Part shown: in pieces, positions 10,961 to 26,670 of the stretch | Position numbering within the stretch: position 1 is the stretch's first letter | Layout: each line of letters starts with the position of its first letter | Assembly: GCA_028826165.1 (NCBI GenBank) | Contig: JAPDFW010000053.1 | Span: forward strand, 62,001 to 126,000 | Origin: Anaeramoeba ignava BMAN | Taxonomy: Eukaryota; Protista; Anaeramoebae | DNA: 64,000 nucleotides | Reading direction: 5' to 3' | The notes under the pieces: model-generated | Told to the model about the DNA's origin: nothing | Databases searched by the model: none | Seen by the model: the letters and a program-made list of their open reading frames with translations, nothing else | Program-made: the position numbers and the translations under genes

Positions 10961-13595
10961 ATGTCATCTCAACAAAATAAATTAAATAATAATCCTCATA
11001 AAAATTTAAAAATTAAAAATAAAACTCAAGTTAATAAATTCTATAAAAAAAATCGAAAAAAATTGAAAAAAAAAAGGAAAATAAAAAAGAAAATTCAAAA
11101 AAAATTAAATAAAAAGAATTTAAAAAACACAAAACCAAACACAAAATCAAAATCAAACACAAAATCAAACACAAAACCAAATCAAATTCAAAATGAAAAT
11201 CAAAATCAAAATCAAAATCAAAATCAAAATCAAAATGAAAATGAAATTCAAAATCAAAATCAAAATCAAAATGAAAATGAAAATCAAAATCAAAATCAAA
11301 ATCAAAATCAAAATCAAAATGAAAATCAAAATCAAAATCAAAATCAAATTGAAAATCAAATTGAAAATCAAAATGAAAATCAAAATCAAAATCAAAATCA
11401 AAATGAAAATCAAAATGAAAATGAAAATGAAAATCAAAATGAAAATGAAAATGAAAATCAAAATAAAAATCAAAATATAAATCAAAATCAAAATCAAAAT
11501 CAAAATCAAAATGAAAATCAAAATGAAAATCAAAATCAAAATCAAAATCAAAATCAAAATCAAAATCAAAATCAAAATCAAAATCAAAATCAAAATGAAA
11601 ATCAAAATCAAAATCAAAATGAAAATCAAAATCAAAATCAAAATCAAAATGAAAATCAAAATGAAAATCAAAATCAAAATCATAATCAAAATCAAAATCA
11701 AAGTCACAATGAAATTGAAATTGAAATTGAATTTGAAATCCAAAATAAAAAAAATAAAAATCAAATTCAAAATCAAATCAGAATGAAAAAAAAGAAAAAA
11801 AAGAAAAAGAAAAAGAATAAAAATAAAAACAAAAACAAAAACAAAAACAAAAACCCAAATCAAATCCAAATTAAAAATGAAATTCCAAATGAAATTTATC
11901 AAGAGGATGAAAAAGAATTTGAAAATCAAATTAAAGAAAGATATGTATTTATATATGGTTATAAAGGTGAAGGATATCATGGAGTTCAAATACAATTTGA
12001 GTTTGATATTTTATATTTTATATTCAAATTGAAAAATAATTATTTGTTTTTAATACATTTTTATTTATTTTTAATTAAGTCAACAAGTTCCAACAATTGA
12101 AAAAAAATTATTTATAGCATTTCAGAAAATTGGATTAATAACAGGAATTACAAAAAGATATATGAAAAAATATAATTGGACAAGAGCAGGAAGAACAGAT
12201 AAAGGAGTTCATGCAGTTCGACAATTTTTAACAATAATTCTTAAAAAACAAGAAAATTTAGAAGAAATCAAAAATAAATTGAATGAAAATTTACCCAAAC
12301 ATATTCGAATATTCAATATTGGGTAAGAATTGTTGAGATTTACAAAATTATATTGGAAATAATTCTCAAAAATTTTTTTATGATTTTAGTGTTGTTCCAA
12401 TGACTTTTTGTGCTTTATCTTCTTGTACAAGAAGGAAATATCAATATCTTCTTCCTACTTTTGTTTTTACTCTTTCAAAAATTCAAGATTTGACAAAACA
12501 TGATTTTCATAATAAAATCTTGTTTAAAAAAATTGATAAAGATGCTTTAGATCATTTAAATAATAAAATATTCCCTCAATTTTTTGGTACTCATAATTTC
12601 CATAATTTTACTTCTCCTAAAATAACTTCAATTGACAAAACAATGAGAACAATTTTGTAAGAATTATTATTTTATTATCAGATTTAAAAATCCATTTAAA
12701 AATGAAATTAAAAATGAAATTAAAAATGAAATTAAAAATATAAATATAAATATAAATATAAATATAATTAAAAATATAAATATAAATATAAATATTTAAA
12801 ATATAAATATAAATATAAATATAAATATAAATATAAATATAAATATAAATATAAATATAAATATAAATATAAATATAAATATAAATATAAATATAAATAT
12901 AAATATAAATATAAATATAAATATAAATATAAATATAAATATAAATATAAAATATAAATATAAATATAAATATAAATATAAATATAAATATAAATATAAA
13001 TATAAATATAAATATAAATATAAATATAAATATAAATATAAATATAAATATTTAAAATATAAATATAAATATAAATATAATTTTAAATATTAATATAAAT
13101 ATTTTAATTTATAATTAGTCATATGGAATCTTCACAACCTTTTTTAGTTGGAAAAACAGAAATGGTTTTAATAACTATTGAAGGAAAATCATTCATTTTC
13201 TATCAAATTAGGAAAATGATTTCAGCTGTTGTAATGATTATGAGAGGATTACAAAAATTAAATGTAATCACAGAATTATTTAAACCAAAAAATTATTCAA
13301 TTGCAACAATTCCTGGTTTTGGTTTATTTCTTGAAAGAGTTGATTATTCTGAATTTTTAAAAGAAATGAAATCAGAATTCCAAGATATTTATTGTGAAAA
13401 TTCTTTAGATGAAATTGAAGATTTTAAACAGAAATATATTTATAAACATGTTGAATTAAAAGAAAGAAATGAAAAAGCGTAAAAATTTAAATTTAATTTG
13501 AAATTTAAATCGAATTTTAATTTTAAATTTTAATTTTAATTAGGTTTTATAAATGGTTAATAATTTTACAAACTCAAACAGTTAGATTAGTTTAA
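10961..13595 (+). CDS. tRNA pseudouridine synthase (TruA/Pus1 family) with a long N-terminal NQ/NE low-complexity region, 5 exons
   Basis: [15 protein letters not shown], catalytic [47 protein letters not shown]. Confidence 0.9.
11180..11720 (+). repeat. Coding (AATCAA/AATGAA)n repeat encoding poly-NQ/NE
   Basis: Direct repetition, in frame with the TruA ORF. Confidence 0.9.
12735..13100. repeat. (ATATAA)n intronic microsatellite
   Basis: Direct repetition in TruA intron 3. Confidence 0.9.
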
Positions 13596-13777
13596 AATAA
13601 ATTTTTAGATTTTTTAATTAAAAAGAAATTTTGATGATTTCTTATTTTTTTAAATTAAAAAAAAAGAAAAAGAAAAAATGAAAAAAATTTTTTTTTTTTG
13701 TAAATTTTTCTTTTTCATTTTTTATTATTCAAAAAAAGCAAAAAAATAATAAATTAATAAATAAATAAATAATAAAC

Positions 13778-16717
13778 ATGATTCGAATTGGAATTGATGT
13801 TGGTTCAACAAATACAGATGCAGTTTTAGCAGTTGGAAGAGAAGTAAAGAGTTCACACAAAGAAACAACAACAAAACCAGTATCAATAGGAGTAATTAAA
13901 GGGATTGAAACTGTATTAAAAAAAGCAAAAAAAACACCCAAAGAAATTGAGGCAATTATGATAGGAACAACCCAATTTGTAAATGCTTTTATTGAGAAAA
14001 AACACTTGAAAAAAGTGGCAGTTTTAAGAATAAGTGGACCATCAACTCAATCCATAAAAGGATGTTCAAGTTGGCCACAAGATTTAGCAAATAAAGTCTG
14101 CGGTTTTTTTGATTTTTTGCCTGGCGGTTTTGAGTATAATGGGGAGTTGATTTCTAAATTTGATGAAGAAGAAATTAAAAAAGCTTGCGAAAAGATCAAA
14201 CACTTGAAAATTACTCAAGTCACTTTGACAGGTGTTTTTTCTCCTTTAAATCCTGAACATGAATTGAAAGCAAAACAAATTATTAAGAAGGAAATTCCTA
14301 GCTGTCAAGTTACTATGTCTCATAAATTGGGAAATATAGGAATTTTGGAAAGAGAAAATTCAGCCGTTATAAATTCTAGTTTGCAACCTTATGCCTCGCA
14401 AAATATCTCGCAAATTGAACAGATCTTGAGAGATTTTGGATTTATTTGCCCGCTTTATTTCACTCAAAATGATGGAACTTTAATGACTGTGAAAAAAGCA
14501 AAAAAATATCCTGTTTTGACTTTTTCTTCTGGACCTACAAACTCGATGAGAGGAGCTGCATTTCTTTCCAATATAAAAAACGCGATTGTGTGCGATATTG
14601 GAGGACTTTCTGCTGATATAGGGGTTCTTGTTTCTGGGTTTCCTCGAGAAACAGGATTGATTTCAAACTCAATCGCAGGAATTTCAACTTCTTTTCGTTT
14701 GCCTGATGTTTTATCAATTGGACTTGGAGGAGGAAGTAAAATCCGTTATGAAGAGAAAAATGGCAAAATAGAAAATGTAACGATCGGTCCAGATTCCCTA
14801 GGACATCTATTGGAGAAAAAGGGTATTGCTTTTGGAGGAGATGTTCTTTGTTTGAGTGATATTGCCATTTCCAAAAAAATTGCGAATTTTGGAAATTTCG
14901 AAAAGGTGTCTTCGCTTAATCCTGAGCTTATTGAGAAATGCTATTCCAAAATGTTTGAAATGCTTGAAACGGCAATTGATCAGATGAAGACATCCAATGA
15001 GCCTTTGCCTATTCTGCTTGTTGGTGGAGGAGCTGCACTTATTCCTGAAGATGCAGTAATTTTGGGTTCGAAATTGACTCGTCCAAAATATTTTGATGTT
15101 TGTAATGCGATTGGAGCTGTAAATGCGCAGATTGGTCATTCTATTGATCAAACCTGTACATTTAGCAATGAAGAAGACTCGCGAAATAAAGTCCTGAAAA
15201 AACTTGAAGAAGAAGCGAGAGAAAAAGTTATTTTGAATGGCGCAATAAAAGAAACTGTGAAAGTTGCTGATATTGAGGATATTCCATTGGCATATCTTCC
15301 TGGAAAATCTTCGAGAATCAAATTGAAAGTTGTTGGGGATCTTTTAATAGATCGAAAAGAATCAAAAGGAAATCAAAATGTAAATGAAAATGTAAATGAA
15401 AAAGAAAAAGAAAATGAACAAATTGAGGTTGAAAAGAGTTTTGAATCAATAACGATCCAAAAATTAGAGAATATTTTCAAAGAAGAACAAGAAATGGAAA
15501 AAGAACAAGAAATGGAAAACGAAATGGAGAAAGAAATACCAAAAGAGGAAGTTAAGGATCGAATACTAGTGGATAAAAATGGATATTGGATTCTTGAAGA
15601 GAAGGATATTCATTTCATTGCAACAGGAGCAGCCATTCTTGGAAGTGGAGGAGGAGGATCACCAAAAATCAACAGTATTCGAGCAATTGAGGTGATACGA
15701 AGTGGGAAACAAATTAAGATTAAATCACCCAAAGACATAGGAGATGATGAGAAGTATCTTATGGTTGCAGGATTAGGTTCTCCAGCAGTTGCGGTTGAGA
15801 AAATATTCAGCGGGGAAGAGACACAGACAAGTATTGAGGCGATGAAGAACGTATACAATCTGGATCATCTTGACGGATTGATACCAGCAGAAATTGGGGG
15901 GCTTAATTCATTAGAACCAATGATTGTGGGGGCAAGAATGGGACTTCCAACTTTGAGTTGTGATTCGATGTCGAGAGCATTTCCTCAATTGAATCAAGTG
16001 AGTTTTTTTATTTATGGACAGGATCCATTTCCATGTGCAATTTCGGATGAGAGGAAAAATTCTGTTATTGTGCATCATGCTCAGGATTCAAAATCTCTTG
16101 AAGGAATGATGAGATCTCTTGTTGCCTTTAATTTCGGTGCAATTGCAGGTGTTGCTTTGCCTGTTATTACCGGAGAAATGATTAAGAAATACGGTTTTCT
16201 CAACACTATTGATCAAGCCTGGCGAATTGGAAAGGTGATTCATCAGGCAAAATTGCAAAAGGTTGATCCTGTGAAGGCAATTTTCAATTCGGGACAAAAT
16301 GGAAAGGTTATTTTTGTTGGGAAAATCTTCGAAATTGAAAGAAGAACAACTACTGGTTTTGCAATCGGATCTGTTCGTGTTCAAGGGTTTGATTCTTTTG
16401 CCAATTCAGAATGTAAAGTTGATTTCCAGAACGAGAATTTGATTGCGAAAATTGATGGGAAAACTGTTGTTACTACTCCTGATATTATTGTTTTTGTTGA
16501 AACTCTAACTGCTCATCCAATTACAACTGAAGATCTTAGATATGGTCAAAGGGTTTCTGTTCTTGCTTTCCCTGCTCCTCCTTTACTTACTAATGAAAAG
16601 GCTTTGGCTCATGTTGGTCCAAAAGCTTTTGGTTTTAAAGATGAAGAATATAAACCTTTTGCTGATTATTCTGCTCCTTCTTCAGTTTTTGATACTGAAA
16701 AGATTGAAAAGATTTAA
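13778..16717 (+). CDS. Hydantoinase/oxoprolinase-family protein fused to a C-terminal DUF917 domain (979 aa, intronless)
   Basis: RIGIDVGSTNTDAV, IGTTQFVNA, GILERENSAVIN, SSGPTNSMRGA, DIGG, IGLGGGS; DUF917 part: GAAILGSGGGGSP, EIGGLNS, DSMSRAFP, DFQNENLIA, TTPDII, TTEDLRYGQRV, GPKAFG. Confidence 0.9.
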   Translation: MIRIGIDVGSTNTDAVLAVGREVKSSHKETTTKPVSIGVIKGIETVLKKAKKTPKEIEAIMIGTTQFVNAFIEKKHLKKVAVLRISGPSTQSIKGCSSWPQDLANKVCGFFDFLPGGFEYNGELISKFDEEEIKKACEKIKHLKITQVTLTGVFSPLNPEHELKAKQIIKKEIPSCQVTMSHKLGNIGILERENSAVINSSLQPYASQNISQIEQILRDFGFICPLYFTQNDGTLMTVKKAKKYPVLTFSSGPTNSMRGAAFLSNIKNAIVCDIGGLSADIGVLVSGFPRETGLISNSIAGISTSFRLPDVLSIGLGGGSKIRYEEKNGKIENVTIGPDSLGHLLEKKGIAFGGDVLCLSDIAISKKIANFGNFEKVSSLNPELIEKCYSKMFEMLETAIDQMKTSNEPLPILLVGGGAALIPEDAVILGSKLTRPKYFDVCNAIGAVNAQIGHSIDQTCTFSNEEDSRNKVLKKLEEEAREKVILNGAIKETVKVADIEDIPLAYLPGKSSRIKLKVVGDLLIDRKESKGNQNVNENVNEKEKENEQIEVEKSFESITIQKLENIFKEEQEMEKEQEMENEMEKEIPKEEVKDRILVDKNGYWILEEKDIHFIATGAAILGSGGGGSPKINSIRAIEVIRSGKQIKIKSPKDIGDDEKYLMVAGLGSPAVAVEKIFSGEETQTSIEAMKNVYNLDHLDGLIPAEIGGLNSLEPMIVGARMGLPTLSCDSMSRAFPQLNQVSFFIYGQDPFPCAISDERKNSVIVHHAQDSKSLEGMMRSLVAFNFGAIAGVALPVITGEMIKKYGFLNTIDQAWRIGKVIHQAKLQKVDPVKAIFNSGQNGKVIFVGKIFEIERRTTTGFAIGSVRVQGFDSFANSECKVDFQNENLIAKIDGKTVVTTPDIIVFVETLTAHPITTEDLRYGQRVSVLAFPAPPLLTNEKALAHVGPKAFGFKDEEYKPFADYSAPSSVFDTEKIEKI

Positions 16718-16736
16718 ATAAATTTAGAAGAAATTT

Positions 16737-16930
16737 CAAACAAAATAAAAGGAATAAATTTTAAACAAAATAAAAGGAACATTTTTAAACAAAATAAAAG
16801 GAACAATTTTAAACAAATTAAAAGGAATAAATTTTAAACAAAATAAAAGGAAAAACTTTAAACAAAATAAAAGGAATAAATTTTAAACAAAATAAAAGGA
16901 ACAAATTTTAAACAAATTAAAAGGAAAAAC
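16737..16930. repeat. ~24-bp tandem repeat (AAACAAAATAAAAGGAATAAATTTT variants), about 8 copies
   Basis: Direct repetition just 3' of the hydantoinase stop codon. Confidence 0.85.
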
Positions 16931-16939
16931 TTTTTAATT

Positions 16940-17340
16940 TTAATTTGAATTTAATTTAAATTTAGTTTTAATTTTCTTTCTTTTCAAGTTTCATTTTTGA
17001 ATTGAATTTAATTTGAATTTAATTTAAATTTAATTTTAATTTTCTTTCTTCTCAAATTTCATTTTTTAATTTAATTTGATTTTAATTTAATTTTAATTTA
17101 ATTTTAATTTAATTTTAATTTTCTTTCTTCTCAAGTTTCATTTTTTAATTAATTTAAATTTAATTTAATTTTCTTTCTTCTCAAGTTTCATTTTTGAATT
17201 TAATTTTAAATTTAATTTTAATTTAATTTTAATTTTCTTTCTTCTCAAGTTTCATTTTTTAATTGATTTAAATTTAATTTAATTTGAATTTAATTTAATT
17301 TTCATTTTTTAATTTAATTTGAATTTAATTGATTTTAAAT

Positions 17341-17365
<25 letters not shown>
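16940..17365 (-). repeat. Five degenerate copies of the FTCD stop-codon junction (…AAACTTGAGAAGAAAGAAAATTAA)
   Basis: ttaattttctttcttYtcaaRttt at about 16968, 17036, 17116, 17166 and 17229 matches the real CDS end at 17341. Confidence 0.8.
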
Positions 17366-21739
<4,374 letters not shown>

Positions 21740-21946
21740 TTAAAAATTGTTTTGTTAATAATTCCAAAAAAAATGGAAATGAAAAAAATGAAAACTCATC
21801 ATTTAAAAAAAAAATTTTTTTTTATTAATTTTTTTTTTTCTCCTTTTGTTTTTTGTTTTTCTCCTTTTGCTTTTAAAAGAAAAAAAATGTGGAATCTTTT
21901 ATTGAAATTTGGAAATGATTTTAAATTTTGTTTTGGAAATTGAACT

Positions 21947-23876
21947 TTAAAATAAACTTCGAAACTAAAATAAAATTAATAAATAAAAATTAATAAAATA
22001 AAAATTAATAAAATAAAAGTGGAACAAAATAATTTTTTATTATTTTTACCTTCGTTTTTAAATAAGGTATCATCTCAGTCGCAATTTCTTTTTCAGTCTG
22101 AAATTTTGTTGCTAGTTTTGGATGTTTATCTAAATAATCCAAAACCCATTGATAATTTTCAACTGCTGCAGTAATTTGAATTTTTGCTTTTTGTTGATTT
22201 TGTTCTCGAATTTGGGAAATAATTTTAGAAAGAAGTAGACGAATAGTAATATAATCACTAGCTTCCTCAAAAGAATTGAATGAAGGTTCTTTAATGATAG
22301 TTGGATCCCATTGGGAATTTTCTTTGATAATAAAATTTGGATTTTCAGCATTTTCTTTGTTAAAAAGAGCAAGAAAACAACTATAAAAATAACAGCATTG
22401 TTCAAGAATTTCATTTTGTTGAGAAACTTTGTGATTTGTTGTTTCTGCTTTATATTCAATAATAAGTTCAAAAATTTTCCCAATTTCAAGAATAATTTCT
22501 CTTTTTAATTCATTTTGTTTTAAATTTTGTAAATGAGGAAGAGTTTGGAATAAAATTGTTAATCTTCTTCGATTCATTGAATATATTCTTTTTTTGTCTT
22601 CTTCCCATGGAATCAATGTACTAAATAGTGCGCTTTCAAGTCTTTTGATTTCAATCCATTGATTTAAAAACCCTTTTTTTGATGTTAAAATTTTTTCAGA
22701 TTCTTCTAAATATTCTTTTCCTTTTTTAAAGAGTTTTTTGATTTGTTCATAGTTTGTAATTTGGGTTGATAATAAGGGATCTTGATTTTTTAATTTGAAT
22801 GATTGAAATGGGATAAATTTGATAGGATTTCTTGGAATTTGCAAAGGATTTTCTATGATTTTTTCATCTTCAATTTCTTTGATTTTTTCATCTTCAATTT
22901 CATTATTTTTTTCATCTTCAATTTCTTTGATTTTTTCATCTTCAATTTCATTATTTTTTTCATCTTCAATTTCATTATTTTTTTCATCTTCATTTTCATT
23001 ATTTTTTTCATCTTCATTTTCTTCAATTTCATACACTTTGTTATTCTTTCGCATTGCTGTCATTAATAATAATTGTTCATACAAACTCCCAAAATTAAAC
23101 AATAATAATCCCCAAACTGAATTTTCTTTCATATCAAAAAATTGAAGACTAATATTTTCTTTTTTTTGATCCAAATTTGAATCACTTTCAATTCCCTTTT
23201 CATTTGAAATCTCCAAAACATACTTTGTTGCAAGAAGAACAGCCTCTGCTGACTTCCATTGATGATTAAACAGATAAAATTGATAAAGATTTGTTGCATT
23301 TTCAGCCCATTTAAGAGGATCCACATTGAAAAATTTCCAATTTTCAATTTGTCTTTCAAGTGTTTTTGCCAAATAAAAAGAAGCAATTTCTTTCTGACCG
23401 ATTTTTTGGTAAACTTGAGCAAAATAAAACAAACTAAGATTATAAACATTTTCAACATGTTGTAGATATTTTGGTTCTTGATTTTCTGATGAATTTTTCT
23501 TATTTTCTAAATAGATTTCTTGACTTTTTTCAAGTGTTTTGATTGCATTTGGAATATCTCCACATTCTGCATATAAAACTCCTCTTTGATTATAAACTTC
23601 TTGCAATCGATAATTTCTTGGATAAAATTTCTCCATAACATCCTTTAAAAATTCTAATTCATTTGTGATTTTAAGTAGAAATTTTCCTGTTATTTTGATT
23701 TGTGGTTCTTGAAGACAATCTAATATTTTGTTATAAAGTTTTTCAATTTTTTCATGATAAATTTTTTCTGGTGAATTTTCTTCAAGTGAAAATATTTCTT
23801 TTCGGATATTTTTAACTTCTCTAAGTTTTAATTGAGGTTCTAAATCTTTTTTTTCAATTTCAATATTATTTTCCAT
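21947..23876 (-). CDS. KIFBP: KIF-binding protein (KBP/KIFBP)-like TPR protein; probable short terminal exon FRSLF* at 21947-21964
   Basis: LFYFAQVYQKIG, YLAKTLERQ, PLKWAENATNL, ESALFSTLIPWEEDKKRIYSMNRRRLTIL and EKEIATEMIPYLKTK resemble the KBP_C domain. Intron 21965-22049 is GT-AG, phase 0; the unspliced stop is at 22005. Confidence 0.8.
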
Positions 23877-23926
23877 TTTATTTTTTAAAAATGAAAAAAA
23901 ATGAAAAAAATTTTTTTTTTGAAAAT

Positions 23927-26542
23927 TTAATTTTGATTAATTTTATTTATAAATTCTTCAAAAATTAAAATCATTTTTTCTTCTATATTTTCAGGTAAAT
24001 TTTCTATTATTTTTTCCATTAATTCTTTTTCTTTTAAAAAAGGTTTCATTTCAATCTCAATTATTTTTGAAATTCCTTGATAAATTATTAAATTGTTTTC
24101 TTCATTTTCTATCAAATTATTTAAACAAATTAACCATTTTGAAAATGTTCCATTTTTTTGATTAAAAAATTCCAAAATTTTCTGAGGTTGAAAAATTCCA
24201 AGAATTGCAATTCCTTTTGAACAATTTTTTAATAACAGAGATTCAATTTCATCTTTTGAAACGAGAATTCGGAAAAAATTTTCTGAAATCAAATCAAAAA
24301 ATAAATTCGTTTTTTGGGAATAATATCCATTTACTAAAAAATTATTTAAAGCCCATATTGAATTATTACAAACAGAATCTAAAGTTGTTTCAAGATTCAA
24401 ATTGGTAATAAGAAAAGAAACAATTTGCTCTAATTGATCAATGAAAAAATCACTTGAAAAAGTTGCTATATTTCCTATTATTTGAGATACACTTTGTAAA
24501 ATGTCTGTTTGTTTTATTTTGAGTGAATTATAAATGGTTTTTTTAACTTCTTCTAAAACCTCGTAAATCAGCATTGGATTGTGTTCTAAAATCTCAGAAA
24601 TCAATTCAAAAGAAAATGATACTAAATAGTTTTCTTGAATTGATTCTGTTTTCTTTTGTTTTATATTTTCTGAAATTCCTTCAATTATGAAAATACATTT
24701 TTGAATAATAGAAATTGAAAGTGATTCGAAATCATATTTGAAATGTCTTGATATTGTATTTAAAGTTTCCAATATTAATTGCAAATCAAAATTATCCAAA
24801 TTTGAATTGATAAAATTTGTGTAAATGATTTGAACCAATTTGGAAAATTCATTTTTTTCACTAATTAAATCTAAAGTGTTTTCAATAAAACCATTAATTG
24901 AATCATATAAAACAAGCATTTCAGGAACATTTGAATATATACCAAAGCATTTTATGAACATTTGGATAATTTGTTCTTTTTGTTTTACATTGAAAATTGC
25001 AATCAAAAAATTAATGATTGAAATTAAGGTTGAGTGAGAAGCAATATGAATAGCAATTTGATTAGAATTATCAGCACAACAATCTAAAATAAATGGAAAA
25101 ATAACCGAATCAAAGAAATCTTTTGATTGATCAATAATTAAATCTGAATATTTCTCGATTATCCAGCAAATTGTTTTTTTGATAAATGGATTTTGAATTG
25201 TTGTTTGTTGAAAAAAATAGTTTTTAAGAATATAAATGAGATCAGAACTTATGCATTCTTTGCAATTTTCTGAGATGATTCCAAAAACAAACAAAGCTAC
25301 TTCTTGATATTTAATATTTCCACTCAAAATGCGTTCTGATAATAAATCTTCCAAATGAAGGAAAAGAGCTTTTCCAAAAATCCTGGATAGAGAATCTAAA
25401 GCTAATTGAGCAGTTTGTCTTGGAATAGATTCCATTTCGAAATCATCAATATTTTGATATGAAAAAATATCTTGATTTTCGATCATCATTTCATTTGAAT
25501 TTTCATTTGAATTTTCATTTAAATTTTGATTTTCTAATTTGAATAATATTGCTCTCACCAATTTTGGTAAATAAGGATCAAGCAATTCTTTTGCTTTTGT
25601 AATGTTGAAAAATATTGTCCAATATTCTAAACATATTATTGATATTTGATCACTTTCATTCACTGTATTTTCAATCATAAATTCTATTATTTGATTCATT
25701 TGTTTTTCTTGAGATTTAACAAAATTATCATTCAAACAAATTTGGAAAAACCAACAAACTTGATTTAAAAGTGAAATATCGTTTTTTTGAGAAAGTTTTA
25801 ACAATTCCTTTTGAAATAATTTTAGAAAAAAGAGAGAAAAATATTGATAGAAAATGAGATGGAATGATTTTGTAAATGGAATTCATACAATTATAAAACC
25901 TGAATCATTTATTATTAAATCTCCATTAAAAATTAATTGGTTGATTGAAGAAAGTGCATAAAATGAGTAAAGAATATCATCATTTTGGAAAAAAGAGGAT
26001 AATTTTTGTGATAGAAATTCAATTTGATTTTGATTCCAAAATTGATGATAACAATTATCTTGGCAAATATTCAAAATTGTTTGTAAAATTCCAAGATTTT
26101 TTGATGAAGGAAAAGAATCAAATTGAGAAAATAAAGAATTGAATAAAAATTCCACTTTATCATCTTTTTTTTTCAAATCAAATGCATAATTTCGAATAAA
26201 AGTAGAAATTATATTTGATGTTGTTCTTCTAATTTGATTATTTTCACTACTTAAACTTTGTAAAAGGTTTTCTTGAATTTGTTTAAAATTTTCTTCTTTT
26301 ATTTCTTCAATTTTATATTTATTTTTTAATGTAATTCCTGCAAGAATTCTTGTATTTAAATTATAATTATTTGAATTTAAAATTTTTGATAAATAAATTG
26401 GAAATTTTTTAAATTTTAAAATAAAAATTTCAAGTTTTTCCATTGATTTTTGATAAATATTTTCATTTTGATAATTAATTAAATTTGAAAGAATTAAAGA
26501 AATTTCTTTTTCTTCTAAAAAAGAAAAATTGAAAGAATTCAT
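23927..26542 (-). CDS. Transportin-1 / importin-beta-2-like HEAT-repeat karyopherin (divergent), 2 exons
   Basis: IBN_N-like TRILAGITLKN, CLEYW, YLPKLV, RQTAQLALDSLS, SVCNNSIWAL; intron approx 25808-25887. Confidence 0.8.
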
Positions 26543-26670
26543 TTCTAAACAAAAAAAAAAATGAAAAATAAAAATGAAAAATAAAAATTAAAAAAAAATT
26601 TATTTTCCTTTGTTAATTTTTTTTCTAATAAAATTAATTTTGTTTTTTTTTTTTGAAATGATTTGGTTTT

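Noticed and set aside
14535-16384. Antisense ORFs inside the hydantoinase gene (and similar ones in BEACH and the propeller genes)
   Set aside because: Shadow ORFs with no recognisable motifs
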